Below the pieces are notes generated by a model that worked only from the letters and a program-made list of their open reading frames with translations, searched no databases and was not told the DNA's origin. The position numbers and the translations under genes are program-made. A stretch of 64,000 bases of DNA from Syntrophales bacterium (GTDB taxonomy: Bacteria > Desulfobacterota > Syntrophia > Syntrophales > PHBD01), in assembly GCA_963668175.1 (NCBI GenBank), contig OY764159.1, positions 3,744,001 through 3,808,000 of the forward strand, given 5' to 3'. Positions within the stretch are counted from its first letter, which is position 1, and each line of letters opens with the position of its first letter. Below, in pieces: positions 38,780 through 47,939 of this stretch.

Positions 38780-39289
38780 ATGAGAAACGGAGATATGCGT
38801 AAAAGACCTTCCCAGCTCAAGCTCCAGCACGTCGGGGATCTCCTCCAGAAGATCCTCGGGAAGAATATCGATATCCATCCGCAAAACAAAGCCCTCACCG
38901 CCCTGTGGAATAAGGCCGTAGGCCCGGTCATCGCCGCCCAGACGAGACCGGAAAAGCTTGTCCGGGACGTCCTGACCGTCAAAGTGAACGGTTCGGTCTG
39001 GCTGCATCAGCTCCAGTTCCTGAAACAGGAAATCATGGATAAGGTAAACGGCGCAAGAGAAGGCAACCCCTTCAAACAGATCCGTTTTATCCTGGATACC
39101 AGCCCGCCGCCAGCGGCAGGAAAGGGGACGTTCGATTACACGGAACACCCGCTTCGCGCGAAGGACAGGAAGTACATCGAGAAAAGCACGGAGAACGTGG
39201 TCGACGGGGAATTGAAGGATTTACTGCAACGGGTGATGACCAAGGACATTATCCGCAGGCGTCTCATGGAGAAGAAAGGCGGCCGTTGA
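38780..39289 (+). CDS. DUF721/DciA-family protein
   Basis: W..AVG..IA..T.P, L.V.V..SVW..QL. Confidence 0.75.
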   Translation: MRNGDMRKRPSQLKLQHVGDLLQKILGKNIDIHPQNKALTALWNKAVGPVIAAQTRPEKLVRDVLTVKVNGSVWLHQLQFLKQEIMDKVNGAREGNPFKQIRFILDTSPPPAAGKGTFDYTEHPLRAKDRKYIEKSTENVVDGELKDLLQRVMTKDIIRRRLMEKKGGR

Positions 39290-40022
39290 GGAGCATGGCT
39301 GCCGTTTCGCTCGTATAAGCACCGTCATGCTCGTAAATGACGAGGGGTTTCAGAACCTCCAGTTCCTCCCTCCCTCCTTTGACACCCTCCAGGAGGACAA
39401 ACTCGCCCCCGGTATCACGGCGGGAATGGACCATCATGAGCCGTTTCGGCTCCAGCTGGTTGTCCCTCATCCTGGTGATGGCCTCCACAAGCCTTGTCGC
39501 CGGATAAATGAGCGACACCCTCCCGGCCGCCTTCAACGCATATCCGGCCGCCTTGAGGAAGTCGTCCAGCGTCCCGTTGATTTCGTGGCGCGCCGCCGCC
39601 TTCTGGCCGTCGGGATTGATGCGCCCGGAATGGAGCTTCCGGTAGGGGGGATTGAAAACGATCCCGTCGAACGAACCTTCGTCGACCAGCGAACTTATCG
39701 CCCTGATGTCGCCTTCGCAGATCCGGATCACGCCGTTGAGGCCGTTGAGCGTAACGGCCCTGCTCGCCATGTCCGCCAAATCGTGCTGAATCTCGATGCC
39801 GACGGCGCTTCGGCAATGACCGCAGGCAGCCAGGATCAGGCCTACAATCCCGCTTCCGCAGCCCAGATCGAGCAGACGGTCTTCCGGACGGGATCGGGTA
39901 AAAGAGGCCAGAAGGACGGCGTCGATGGAGAAACGGTACCCTTGCGCCTTCTGAAGGACCTTAAGCCGCCCCCCCAGTGCCGTATCGACAGTCTCCGCTT
40001 CCCCCGCATCCTTTTTTCCCAT
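39264..40022 (-). CDS. tRNA1(Val) A37 N6-methyltransferase-like (TrmN6/YfiC)
   Basis: GYRFSIDAVLL, LDLGCGSG, NPPY, ARHE. Confidence 0.85.
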   Translation of the reverse strand: MGKKDAGEAETVDTALGGRLKVLQKAQGYRFSIDAVLLASFTRSRPEDRLLDLGCGSGIVGLILAACGHCRSAVGIEIQHDLADMASRAVTLNGLNGVIRICEGDIRAISSLVDEGSFDGIVFNPPYRKLHSGRINPDGQKAAARHEINGTLDDFLKAAGYALKAAGRVSLIYPATRLVEAITRMRDNQLEPKRLMMVHSRRDTGGEFVLLEGVKGGREELEVLKPLVIYEHDGAYTSETAAMLLNGRLSSP

Positions 40023-40031
40023 ACCTTACCG

Positions 40032-41273
40032 TCAGTCCAAAAGATGAACAAAAAGACCGCTGCGCAGCTTCGGCTCAAACCAGGTCGATTTCGGGGGCAT
40101 GACCGCAGCCGCATCGGCCACCGACATCAACTCGTCAAGGGACGTCGGATAAAGGGAAAAGGCGACTGCAGCGAGTCCCGAATCGACCAGACGCTCCAAC
40201 TCAATCATTCCCCGGATGCCGCCGACGAAATCGATCCGGCGGTCCGCTCTCGGATCATGGATGCCGAGGATCGGCTCCAGAACGGTGTTCTGCAGGATGG
40301 AAACATCGAGCGAGGCCACGGCATCGTTGCCGCCCGCCGCGACATCTTTAAGAGCCAGTCTGTACCAGTTGCCGTTCAGATACATCCCGAACGTATGGCT
40401 CTCGGAAGGGGATTTTGCGGAAAATCCTTTTTCGACGGCGAAATTCCCGGCAAGGCGATCCAGGAAAGCGGCTTCCGTAAGGCCGTTCAAATCCTTGACC
40501 ACCCTGTTGTAATCCATGATCTTCAACTGGTCGTGGGGAAAGAGGACACTCAGGATGTAATTGTATGCCTCGTCGCCCCGGTGCTCAAGATTGCCCTCGC
40601 GCTTCATCCGGGCGACGGCGGCAGCCGCTGCGGCCCGGTGATGGCCGTCGGCGATATAGGCGACGCCCGCCGCAATAAATTCCCCGACCAGCAACTCGTT
40701 CAACGCTTTTCCATCGATGCGCCATGCGGCATGGGAGACACCGTCGTCCGCGGTAAAGGTATATAACGGTTCGCCCGCCGCTGTCTTCGCCACAACATCG
40801 TTGATGACGGGGGAAGACCGGTAGATGACAAAGACCGGTCCCGTCTGGGCGTTGATCCTGGCGATGTGCTTTGTTCTTTCCAGTTCCTTGTCCGCCCGGG
40901 TGAATTCATGTTTTTTGAGACGGCCCGCCTCATAGTCGGCGACGTGAATGCCGGCCACAAGGCCGTATTGCTCATGGGACCCCAGGCGCTGCCGGTAGAC
41001 GTAGAAACAGGGCTCTTCATCCCTGCAGAAAATGCCGTCCTTGACAAATTGATCGAGGTTTTTCCTTCCCCGGTCCAGAACGGCCTCGCTGTCCGTCGGC
41101 ATGTCTGGCGGCAGATCGATCTCCGACTTTTCAACCCGGAGGAAGCTCAAAGGATTGGCCTGGGCGATGGCCCTGGCCTCTTCATAATTGACGACGTCGT
41201 ACGGCTTTGCAGCTACATCCTTGGCATATGAATCGAGCGGTTTTAACAACCGTAATGTGCGAACCTGAACCAT
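40032..41273 (-). CDS. DUF1015 family protein
   Basis: PYDV, KKHEFT, YIADGHHR, MPPKSTWFEPKLRSGL. Confidence 0.9.
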   Translation of the reverse strand: MVQVRTLRLLKPLDSYAKDVAAKPYDVVNYEEARAIAQANPLSFLRVEKSEIDLPPDMPTDSEAVLDRGRKNLDQFVKDGIFCRDEEPCFYVYRQRLGSHEQYGLVAGIHVADYEAGRLKKHEFTRADKELERTKHIARINAQTGPVFVIYRSSPVINDVVAKTAAGEPLYTFTADDGVSHAAWRIDGKALNELLVGEFIAAGVAYIADGHHRAAAAAAVARMKREGNLEHRGDEAYNYILSVLFPHDQLKIMDYNRVVKDLNGLTEAAFLDRLAGNFAVEKGFSAKSPSESHTFGMYLNGNWYRLALKDVAAGGNDAVASLDVSILQNTVLEPILGIHDPRADRRIDFVGGIRGMIELERLVDSGLAAVAFSLYPTSLDELMSVADAAAVMPPKSTWFEPKLRSGLFVHLLD

Positions 41274-41388
41274 GACCGAAACTCTCCTTGCGATATTTCC
41301 TTAATGCTGACATATTGTGTCCTCATACCACATGAGCCGCCCGATGGACAGGGCAATCTTGATGCGGCAGGCCGCCGGAGGAGACCTT

Positions 41389-41901
41389 ATGGAATGGATA
41401 CGGGTATTCATTCATGGATTGGAAAGCACAAGCCGGGGAGCCAAGGGGCAGTACTTTCGAGCCCGATACCCGGACATGATGATCGGCGACTATGAAGGTC
41501 CCCTGGAAAACCGCATGGCGAAACTCGGGCGCGAGCTTGACGGAAAGAAAAATCTGATTCTGGTCGGTTCCAGCTTCGGGGGGCTGATGGCGGCCATCCA
41601 TACCTGCCAGTATCCGGAAAGCGTCCAGCGCCTGATCCTGTTGGCTCCGGCCCTGAGTTTGCCCGATTTCAAACCGTACGCCGCGCGCACGGTGAAGACA
41701 CCGGTGATCGTTTTTCACGGCCGCGGCGACGATGTCGTGCCCTTTCCCCCTGTCCGGACGATCGCCCGGAAAGTCTTTACAAACTTGGAATATCACCTCG
41801 TGGACGACGACCATTCCCTCCATGAAACCTTTCCGGACATGCCTTGGAATGAGCTCCTTCTCTTTCCCGACACAAAGAAACCTCAGGCGCATAAAGGCTG
41901 A
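41389..41901 (+). CDS. YqiA-like alpha/beta hydrolase
   Basis: FIHGLES, GSSFGG, LLAPA, HG..DDVV, DDHSL; GGAGGAG RBS. Confidence 0.85.
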   Translation: MEWIRVFIHGLESTSRGAKGQYFRARYPDMMIGDYEGPLENRMAKLGRELDGKKNLILVGSSFGGLMAAIHTCQYPESVQRLILLAPALSLPDFKPYAARTVKTPVIVFHGRGDDVVPFPPVRTIARKVFTNLEYHLVDDDHSLHETFPDMPWNELLLFPDTKKPQAHKG

Positions 41902-41927
41902 CAGGTGGACACTCCCTTATTTTAAGA

Positions 41928-41956
41928 TTGACTTTCGAATCATTTCGACTTAAAAT
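41928..41956 (+). promoter_or_regulatory. Sigma70-type promoter for the phaEC operon
   Basis: TTGACT-N17-TAAAAT. Confidence 0.55.
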
Positions 41957-42184
41957 TCAATCAGATTCTTGTGATTTAACATGCGGTGCGCGCAGCGGTT
42001 CCTTTTCGTCAGGACCTGTCTGCGGCTTCCCCACATCTTTCATCGTTAGGCGTCCCACGGGACGCATGCGGACATTCGGGATAACAAGGCCCGGCAAATG
42101 AACGTATCCGCTCAGCCCGAAGAAGACATTCACCGCCGGACAGCGATGAACACCATTTTTCTTTCACCCGTCAAGAGGTCGATC

Positions 42185-43087
42185 ATGAGTGATGAAACCC
42201 GGAAAGAAACACCCCTGGAATCGATGTTTTCCGAATGGACGAAGTCTCCGGCCAATTTCATGAATTTCTTTGCCCAGCTATCGAAACAGTCCGTACCGTC
42301 CGGCACATCTGCCGGACAGACATCGAGAAGCCGAACCGCCGAATCGTGGGAATCGATGATGAAAATGTGGCAACTCACGACATCTACGCTCAGCGACCCT
42401 GATTCAGCCGAACTCTTTCTCAAAGGTGCGGGCGCCCTCCCCGATATCGTCATGAAGGTCGCCCAGGCCGGATGGGATGCAAGCATTGAGATGCAGAGGA
42501 GAATCATCGAAAAGGCGGGCAAGATCGGCCAGAGGACGGAGGCTTACAACTTCGACCAGATCGACGAGGGCCTGTTCAAGGCCTGGAAAGAAATCTACGA
42601 GCAGGAGCTGAGCCAGTTCCTGAAGATACCCAACCTGGGCCTGGCACGGTATTACCAGGACCGTCTCTACCATCTTCTCGATAGGTATAACGTCTTTGAG
42701 GCGACTTTTTCCGAATTTCTCTATGTCGTCTATCAGCCGATCGAAAAATCGAAAAAAGTCCTGGAAGAGAGGCTGCAGCAGATGGCCGCGGAGGGAAAGA
42801 TTCCCGAGAAATCGAAGGAACTCTACAACATGTTCATCAAGATCCTGGAAGGCCATTACATGACCTTGTTCCAATCGCCGGAATATGAAAAGGTCCTGCG
42901 GGACATGCTCAGTCAGTTGAATGCCTTCTGGCTCGCGAAGGACGAAGTCATGCGCGACATGCTGCAGATCCTTCCCGTCCCGACCCACAAGGACATGGAT
43001 GAGCTTTACAAGGACATCTATCTTCTGAAAAAGAGGGTGAGATCTCTCGAAGATGAGTTGAAAAACGCCAAAGCAAAACAGGCTTAA
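42185..43087 (+). CDS. phaE: Class III PHA synthase subunit PhaE
   Basis: IPNLGLARYYQ, LY..FI...E..Y..LF.S.EY, LPVPT..DMDELYK.IY.LKK; directly upstream of phaC. Confidence 0.85.
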   Translation: MSDETRKETPLESMFSEWTKSPANFMNFFAQLSKQSVPSGTSAGQTSRSRTAESWESMMKMWQLTTSTLSDPDSAELFLKGAGALPDIVMKVAQAGWDASIEMQRRIIEKAGKIGQRTEAYNFDQIDEGLFKAWKEIYEQELSQFLKIPNLGLARYYQDRLYHLLDRYNVFEATFSEFLYVVYQPIEKSKKVLEERLQQMAAEGKIPEKSKELYNMFIKILEGHYMTLFQSPEYEKVLRDMLSQLNAFWLAKDEVMRDMLQILPVPTHKDMDELYKDIYLLKKRVRSLEDELKNAKAKQA

Positions 43088-43105
43088 AGCCGAAGGAGAC
43101 GAGCG

Positions 43106-44377
43106 ATGGCCCAGACGAAAATTCCACTCGATTTGATTTTGAACAATCTGGCCGAAGAGGCGGAAAAGGCCAAGGACAGGGTGAGCAAGGCGTCGGATGT
43201 TCTCCTCAGTCCCTTGAATACGGCCATTGCGTCCACACCGTACGATATCGTATGGGAGCAGGACAGGGTCAAGCTGAAACACTACCACACCCACGGCGAC
43301 ATCACCCTGAAGACTCCCTTGCTGGTCGTCTACGCCCTGATTAACCGGGAAACCATGCTTGACCTCCAGCCGGACAGGAGCGTCGTTCAGACTTTCCTCA
43401 ACAACGGCATCGATCTTTACATGATCGACTGGGGTTTTCCCACCCGCAAGGACCGCTACCTCACCATCGACGACCACGTCAACGGCTATATGAACGACGT
43501 CGTGGATTTCATCCTCGCCAGGCATCAGATTCCCCAGGTCAACCTCATGGGAATATGCATGGGGGGATCGTTCTGCGTCATGTACTCGGCACTCCATCCG
43601 GAAAAGATCAAGAACCTCATCACGACGGTTACGCCGAGCAGCTTCGACACGGACAAGGGGCTCCTGCATACATGGATGCGGGCCATCGACGTCGACAGAC
43701 TCATCGACGCCTACGGCAATCTGCCGGGGGACATCATGAACATGGGTTTTCTGCTTCTCAACCCGGCTCGCCTCATGATCGACAAATACGTCGGTTTTAT
43801 GGAACAGATGGACAACCAGGTATTTGTGGAAAACTTCATTCGCATGGAGAAATGGATATTCGACAGCCCCGACGTGCCGGGAGAGACTTTCCGGCAGTTC
43901 ATCAAAGACTGCTATCATAACAACCTCCTGATTCAGAGCAAAATGAAAATCGGGGGCAAACTCATCGACCTCAAAAAGATCACGATGCCGATGCTGAACT
44001 TCTACGGTCAGTACGACCACCTCGTTCCCCCGGAGGCCTGCAACCAGATCACCAGCCGGGTGGGCAGCAAGGACACGGAGGATATCTGCCTGGACACCGG
44101 CCATATCGGCATCTATGTCAGTTCCAAGACCCAGAGGGAATTCGCCCCCAAGATCGTTTCCTGGCTCAAAGAGCGGGACGGCAAGCCTGCGGCGGAGGAG
44201 GCGCCGAAGCGCAAAGCGGCGAGAAAGAAGCCCCTCCGGCCGCAGATGGTAGCCGTGGAAGCCGGCCGGGGTAAAGCGGTATCCGGCAACGCATCGTCCC
44301 GGCCTTTGGAACCGCCCGACGGGGCTCCGGATAAGTCACACTTACGCAGGGCCTCATCCAGGCCGGCAGTAGGTTAA
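43106..44377 (+). CDS. phaC: Class III PHA synthase subunit PhaC
   Basis: PLLVVYALIN, DLQPDRS, lipase-like box GICMGG, F.RME.WIFD.PD..GE, catalytic DHLVP and GHIG. Confidence 0.95.
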   Translation: MAQTKIPLDLILNNLAEEAEKAKDRVSKASDVLLSPLNTAIASTPYDIVWEQDRVKLKHYHTHGDITLKTPLLVVYALINRETMLDLQPDRSVVQTFLNNGIDLYMIDWGFPTRKDRYLTIDDHVNGYMNDVVDFILARHQIPQVNLMGICMGGSFCVMYSALHPEKIKNLITTVTPSSFDTDKGLLHTWMRAIDVDRLIDAYGNLPGDIMNMGFLLLNPARLMIDKYVGFMEQMDNQVFVENFIRMEKWIFDSPDVPGETFRQFIKDCYHNNLLIQSKMKIGGKLIDLKKITMPMLNFYGQYDHLVPPEACNQITSRVGSKDTEDICLDTGHIGIYVSSKTQREFAPKIVSWLKERDGKPAAEEAPKRKAARKKPLRPQMVAVEAGRGKAVSGNASSRPLEPPDGAPDKSHLRRASSRPAVG

Positions 44378-44407
44378 TACGTTTAAAATCCTGAGAGAGG
44401 TCCATCC

Positions 44408-45454
44408 ATGACGATAGAGAACGACTATTTCAGAGCAATATGCAAGGTGAGCAGGGCTTTCGGGACAACGTCCAGCAAGAAGGAAATTCTTGACCTGATC
44501 GTGGGGAGCGCCATCGATACCATGCAGGTCAAGGCGGCAAGCCTTTTTCTGCTTGACGCCGACAAGGACATTTTTTTAACGGCGGCCCAGAAAGGACTTT
44601 CCAAGAACTATCTCCACTCTCAACCTTTCAAGGCCAGAAAAATGGTGGACGATCTTGTGAAAAAGGGATATCTGGCCATTCCCGACGCCATGAAAGACCC
44701 CCGCGTAGAGAATCCGCAATCAAAGAAGAAGGAAGGTATCGTTTCGATTCTCGTCGTTCCGGTCCTGGTCAGAGGGAAGGCAATCGGCGTCCTGTCCCTC
44801 TATACGGCAAGCCCCAGGAAATTCGGCAAAGATGAGATCGAATTCCTGTCGGCCCTTGCAGAACAGGGCGGCATGGCAGTGGAACATGCCCGCCTGCTGG
44901 AGAAAATCAGGGAAAACATCAAGATTTTTCTCGATCTGTCGTCCAATATCAATTCAACCCTGGATCTGAAGACGATCCTCCAGGGCCTGACGAAAGACGT
45001 GGCCGTCGCTCTCGGCGTCAAGGCCGCCTCCATACGCCTGTTGAACGATAAAAAGACAACCCTTCAGTTGGCGGCCAGTTACGGACTCAGCGATAAATAC
45101 ATCAACAAGGGACCCATTTCCGCCGAAAAAAGCATCGCCGAAGCCCTTACAGGCAAGCCGGTCGTCGTCAATAACGCATCCACGGACAAGGGCGTCCAAT
45201 ACAAGAAAGAGAAGAAAGAGGAGGGCATTGTGTCCATCCTCTGCGTCCCCATCAAGGTCAAGGACGAAGTGATCGGAGTACTCAGGCTCTACAGCGCCGT
45301 CGCCAGGGAGTTCGCCGAAGATGAAATTATCCTCGTTACGGCCATAGCCAACCATGGCGGCCTCGCCATTCAGAACGCCGGCCAGTACCTCCTTCTGCAG
45401 AATGACGTCAAAGACCTCAAGGACGATACCTGGTCTCACAGGAGTTGGTTTTAA
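44408..45454 (+). CDS. Tandem GAF-GAF protein with no output domain
   Basis: Two internal repeats (VKAAS.., EGIVSIL.VP...IGVL.LY....R.F...EI). Confidence 0.85.
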   Translation: MTIENDYFRAICKVSRAFGTTSSKKEILDLIVGSAIDTMQVKAASLFLLDADKDIFLTAAQKGLSKNYLHSQPFKARKMVDDLVKKGYLAIPDAMKDPRVENPQSKKKEGIVSILVVPVLVRGKAIGVLSLYTASPRKFGKDEIEFLSALAEQGGMAVEHARLLEKIRENIKIFLDLSSNINSTLDLKTILQGLTKDVAVALGVKAASIRLLNDKKTTLQLAASYGLSDKYINKGPISAEKSIAEALTGKPVVVNNASTDKGVQYKKEKKEEGIVSILCVPIKVKDEVIGVLRLYSAVAREFAEDEIILVTAIANHGGLAIQNAGQYLLLQNDVKDLKDDTWSHRSWF

Positions 45455-45564
45455 CGGCCTAGACCCGCATCACGTCAGGAAAGGCAAACGGCAAGGAACA
45501 GGGGGAGGGATCGTTTGGATCCGCACGCAACAGAAACCGTGATCAGCGAATTCAAGGGGGATTC

Positions 45565-45993
45565 ATGATAGGAAAGACCATCACGCAAATCAGTGTCGGT
45601 TCGGCAGCCGAATTGGTCAAAACGGTATCGGAGACGGACATCTATCTGTATGCGGGCATTACCGGCGATTTTAACCCCGCCCATTTGAACGAGGTCTACG
45701 CCAAGACGACTTTTTTCAAAACAAGGATCGCCCACGGCATGCTGACGGCGGGATTCATTTCCGCCATTCTGGGTACCCAACTGCCGGGACCGGGAACGAT
45801 CTACCTGAAGCAGGAGCTGAATTTCCTGGCGCCCGTTTTGATCGGAGATACGATTACCGCCCGGGTGGAGGCGGTGGAAGTCATTGCGGAAAAGAATCGT
45901 GTCCGCTTCAAGACGACCTGCAGCAATCAGGACGGGAAAATCGTGCTGGACGGCGAAGCCCTGGTGATGCCGCCGAAAGCACCAAAGTCATGA
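45565..45993 (+). CDS. phaJ: MaoC-family (R)-specific enoyl-CoA hydratase
   Basis: YAGITGDFNPAH, IAHGML, LPGPGTIY..Q.L.F.APV; pha gene context. Confidence 0.85.
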   Translation: MIGKTITQISVGSAAELVKTVSETDIYLYAGITGDFNPAHLNEVYAKTTFFKTRIAHGMLTAGFISAILGTQLPGPGTIYLKQELNFLAPVLIGDTITARVEAVEVIAEKNRVRFKTTCSNQDGKIVLDGEALVMPPKAPKS

Positions 45994-46012
45994 CGGGAGC
46001 GGTTGTTCGTTT

Positions 46013-46044
46013 AAAGGGGCATGGTGACCATGCCCCTTTTTTTT
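46013..46044. terminator. Bidirectional intrinsic terminator
   Basis: AAAGGGGCATGG-TGA-CCATGCCCCTTTTTTTT between convergent operons. Confidence 0.8.
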
Positions 46045-46535
46045 CAAGCCTTCTTCTTGCCGAACGAGGAGAGATTGTTCATGAGTTTCTGGAATTCATT
46101 GGCCTGTTGCTCCAGAAGCTCTCGAAAACCTTCGGCGATGTTGTTATGTTCACCGCTTCCCGTTCCCATCAATTTCCGCAATTGTGCGATGGTCTCTTCC
46201 TGTTCGCTTAATTTCCCTTCGAGGTCGGCAACCTTCTTTTCCAGATCCAGATAATCGGCCTTGGGGACCATATCGAACATGGCCAGATACTCGCGAAACG
46301 ATTTCCGGAACATCTCGACAGACTGTTTGTAGATCCCCATGTAGTCCGCTGCGTCTTCTTCGCCTTCTTTCGGGACATCGGGTCGATATGGATTTTTGTA
46401 AAGCGGCGCCATCTGCTCAAAGCCCTTGAGCCCCTGGGTCATCCACTGGCCGAAATCCTCCATCTGCTGCTGGGTTTTGGCTGCATTCAGAAACAACTGT
46501 CCCCATATTTCGAAGAAGTTCTTATCCATGTTCAT
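46044..46535 (-). CDS. Hypothetical helical/coiled-coil protein, last gene of the phasin-like operon
   Basis: 13-bp gap from the upstream paralog; VPKADYLDLEKKVADLEGKLSEQEETI coiled coil. Confidence 0.75.
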   Translation of the reverse strand: MNMDKNFFEIWGQLFLNAAKTQQQMEDFGQWMTQGLKGFEQMAPLYKNPYRPDVPKEGEEDAADYMGIYKQSVEMFRKSFREYLAMFDMVPKADYLDLEKKVADLEGKLSEQEETIAQLRKLMGTGSGEHNNIAEGFRELLEQQANEFQKLMNNLSSFGKKKA

Positions 46536-46548
46536 GGCTTATAATTTT

Positions 46549-46827
46549 CTACTTGGATTTACCCTTTTCGATTCCGGCGAAGAGGGCGTCAACTTTCTTA
46601 TAGCTTTCGTCGACCGATTTTTTGAAGTCTTCGCGGCCTTTCTTGAAGGCCCGGCTCCAATCCCTTATAACCTTCCTACCATCTTCAGGCAGCCAGGGAG
46701 ACTGATCGATGAACATATTGATCATTCGTTCGGTCTGTTCCTGGAGAGCAGCCATGGCATTGAAAGAATTATCGAAGGCTGTCTTATTGAATTCAATCAT
46801 CTGCTTGGTCACCTGCTTAGGATCCAT
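46549..46827 (-). CDS. Putative phasin-like protein 4
   Basis: Shares QMI.F.K..F...F, Q.E.M...F..Q.PW.P.EG....W...Y..GR..FK...D..Y.K with three neighbours; GGAGG RBS. Confidence 0.75.
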   Translation of the reverse strand: MDPKQVTKQMIEFNKTAFDNSFNAMAALQEQTERMINMFIDQSPWLPEDGRKVIRDWSRAFKKGREDFKKSVDESYKKVDALFAGIEKGKSK

Positions 46828-46867
46828 TGTGTTCCTCCTTCAATGATGGGTTATCACAAACAAAAAT

Positions 46868-47152
46868 CTATTGCTGTCCCGCCTCTTTCTTCTCTTCCTG
46901 CAAGTAGTAATCGTCAATTTTCCTGAAGTTTTCGTCAATGGCGGCCTTGAAATCGCTGCGGCTTTTCCTGTAGGCCTTGATCCATTCGCCCACGATCTTC
47001 TTTCCTTCCTCAGGAAACCAGGGCGTATGCTCGAAAAACATACCGATCATCTTTTCCCGTTGCTCCAGAATCACAGTTACAGCGTTGAAGGCGTTTTCAA
47101 AAACGGATCTGTTGAAAGCGATCATCTGCTTCAGGATGTCATTGGGGTCCAT
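46868..47152 (-). CDS. Putative phasin-like protein 3
   Basis: MDPNDILKQMIAFNRSVFENAF...PWFPEEGKK. Confidence 0.75.
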   Translation of the reverse strand: MDPNDILKQMIAFNRSVFENAFNAVTVILEQREKMIGMFFEHTPWFPEEGKKIVGEWIKAYRKSRSDFKAAIDENFRKIDDYYLQEEKKEAGQQ

Positions 47153-47212
47153 CTCCCTGCCCTCCTTCCAAATGCTGTCCCGACGCAACCTCATTCTTTC
47201 CGGAGGCCTTCC

Positions 47213-47470
47213 CTATCCGGCAAAAAAATCCTCCACTTTCCTATAATGGGCATCAACGGCCGCTTTGAAGTCGTTGCGCCCTTTCTGATAGGCCCTGATC
47301 CATTCACCGACGACATTTTTCCCTTCTTGCGGAAACCACGGCGACTGCTCCAGAAACATGTGCATGACCCGTTCCGCCTGGTCCTGCAAAGCGGTCATGG
47401 CCTCGAATGTATTGTCGAACGCCTTCTTGTTGTACGCAATCACCTGCTTGGTCATCTCCTTGGGATACAT
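47213..47470 (-). CDS. Putative phasin-like protein 2
   Basis: MYPKEMTKQVIAYNKKAFDNTF...PWFPQEGKN; AAGGAGG RBS. Confidence 0.75.
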   Translation of the reverse strand: MYPKEMTKQVIAYNKKAFDNTFEAMTALQDQAERVMHMFLEQSPWFPQEGKNVVGEWIRAYQKGRNDFKAAVDAHYRKVEDFFAG

Positions 47471-47554
47471 GTCGTAAACCTCCTTGGTTGGGCATCTTCG
47501 GTCTCACGGATTTGTCCGGAGTTCGCAGACGAATCGCCGTTCGACCTTCGCATC

Positions 47555-47848
47555 CTATTTTCCGCCGCCCGCCGGCTTGTCTTCACTCTTGTAAATCTTG
47601 AAGTAGGATTCCACCTTCTTGTAGCTTTCATCGATTGTACTCTTGAATTCATCGCGTCCGGTCTTGTAAGTCGCAAGCCATTCTTCGACCGCCGCCTTCC
47701 CCTCTTCCGGCAACCAAGCAGCCTGGCCCAGCAACACCCTCACCATCTTCTCGGTCTGCTCCTGCAGAATCATCATCGCATTGAAACTGCTGTCGAACGT
47801 CGTTTTGTAAAAACCTATCATCTGCCTTACGATTTTTCCCTGATCCAT
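47555..47848 (-). CDS. Putative phasin-like protein 1
   Basis: MDQGKIVRQMIGFYKTTFDSSF...AWLPEEGKA; GGAGG RBS. Confidence 0.75.
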   Translation of the reverse strand: MDQGKIVRQMIGFYKTTFDSSFNAMMILQEQTEKMVRVLLGQAAWLPEEGKAAVEEWLATYKTGRDEFKSTIDESYKKVESYFKIYKSEDKPAGGGK

Positions 47849-47901
47849 CGCACGCCTCCATTTCATTATTTGATACGATATTGCTGACGTTATGTCGGAG
47901 A

Positions 47902-47930
47902 AATATAATATCAGGCGTTTCCCATGTCAA
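47902..47930 (-). promoter_or_regulatory. Sigma70-type promoter for the phasin-like operon
   Basis: Minus strand TTGACA-N17-TATATT. Confidence 0.65.
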
Positions 47931-47939
47931 GGAAAATGT

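Noticed and set aside
37003..39289. polX next to DUF721 as a possible defence or NHEJ module
   Set aside because: No Ku, LigD or defence genes nearby. PolX has canonical motifs and sits in a housekeeping context.
41990..42025. Minus-strand CAGGTCC...GGAACCGC resembling SRP RNA helix 8
   Set aside because: It lacks the GNRA tetraloop and AGCAG internal loop, and has no long enclosing helix.
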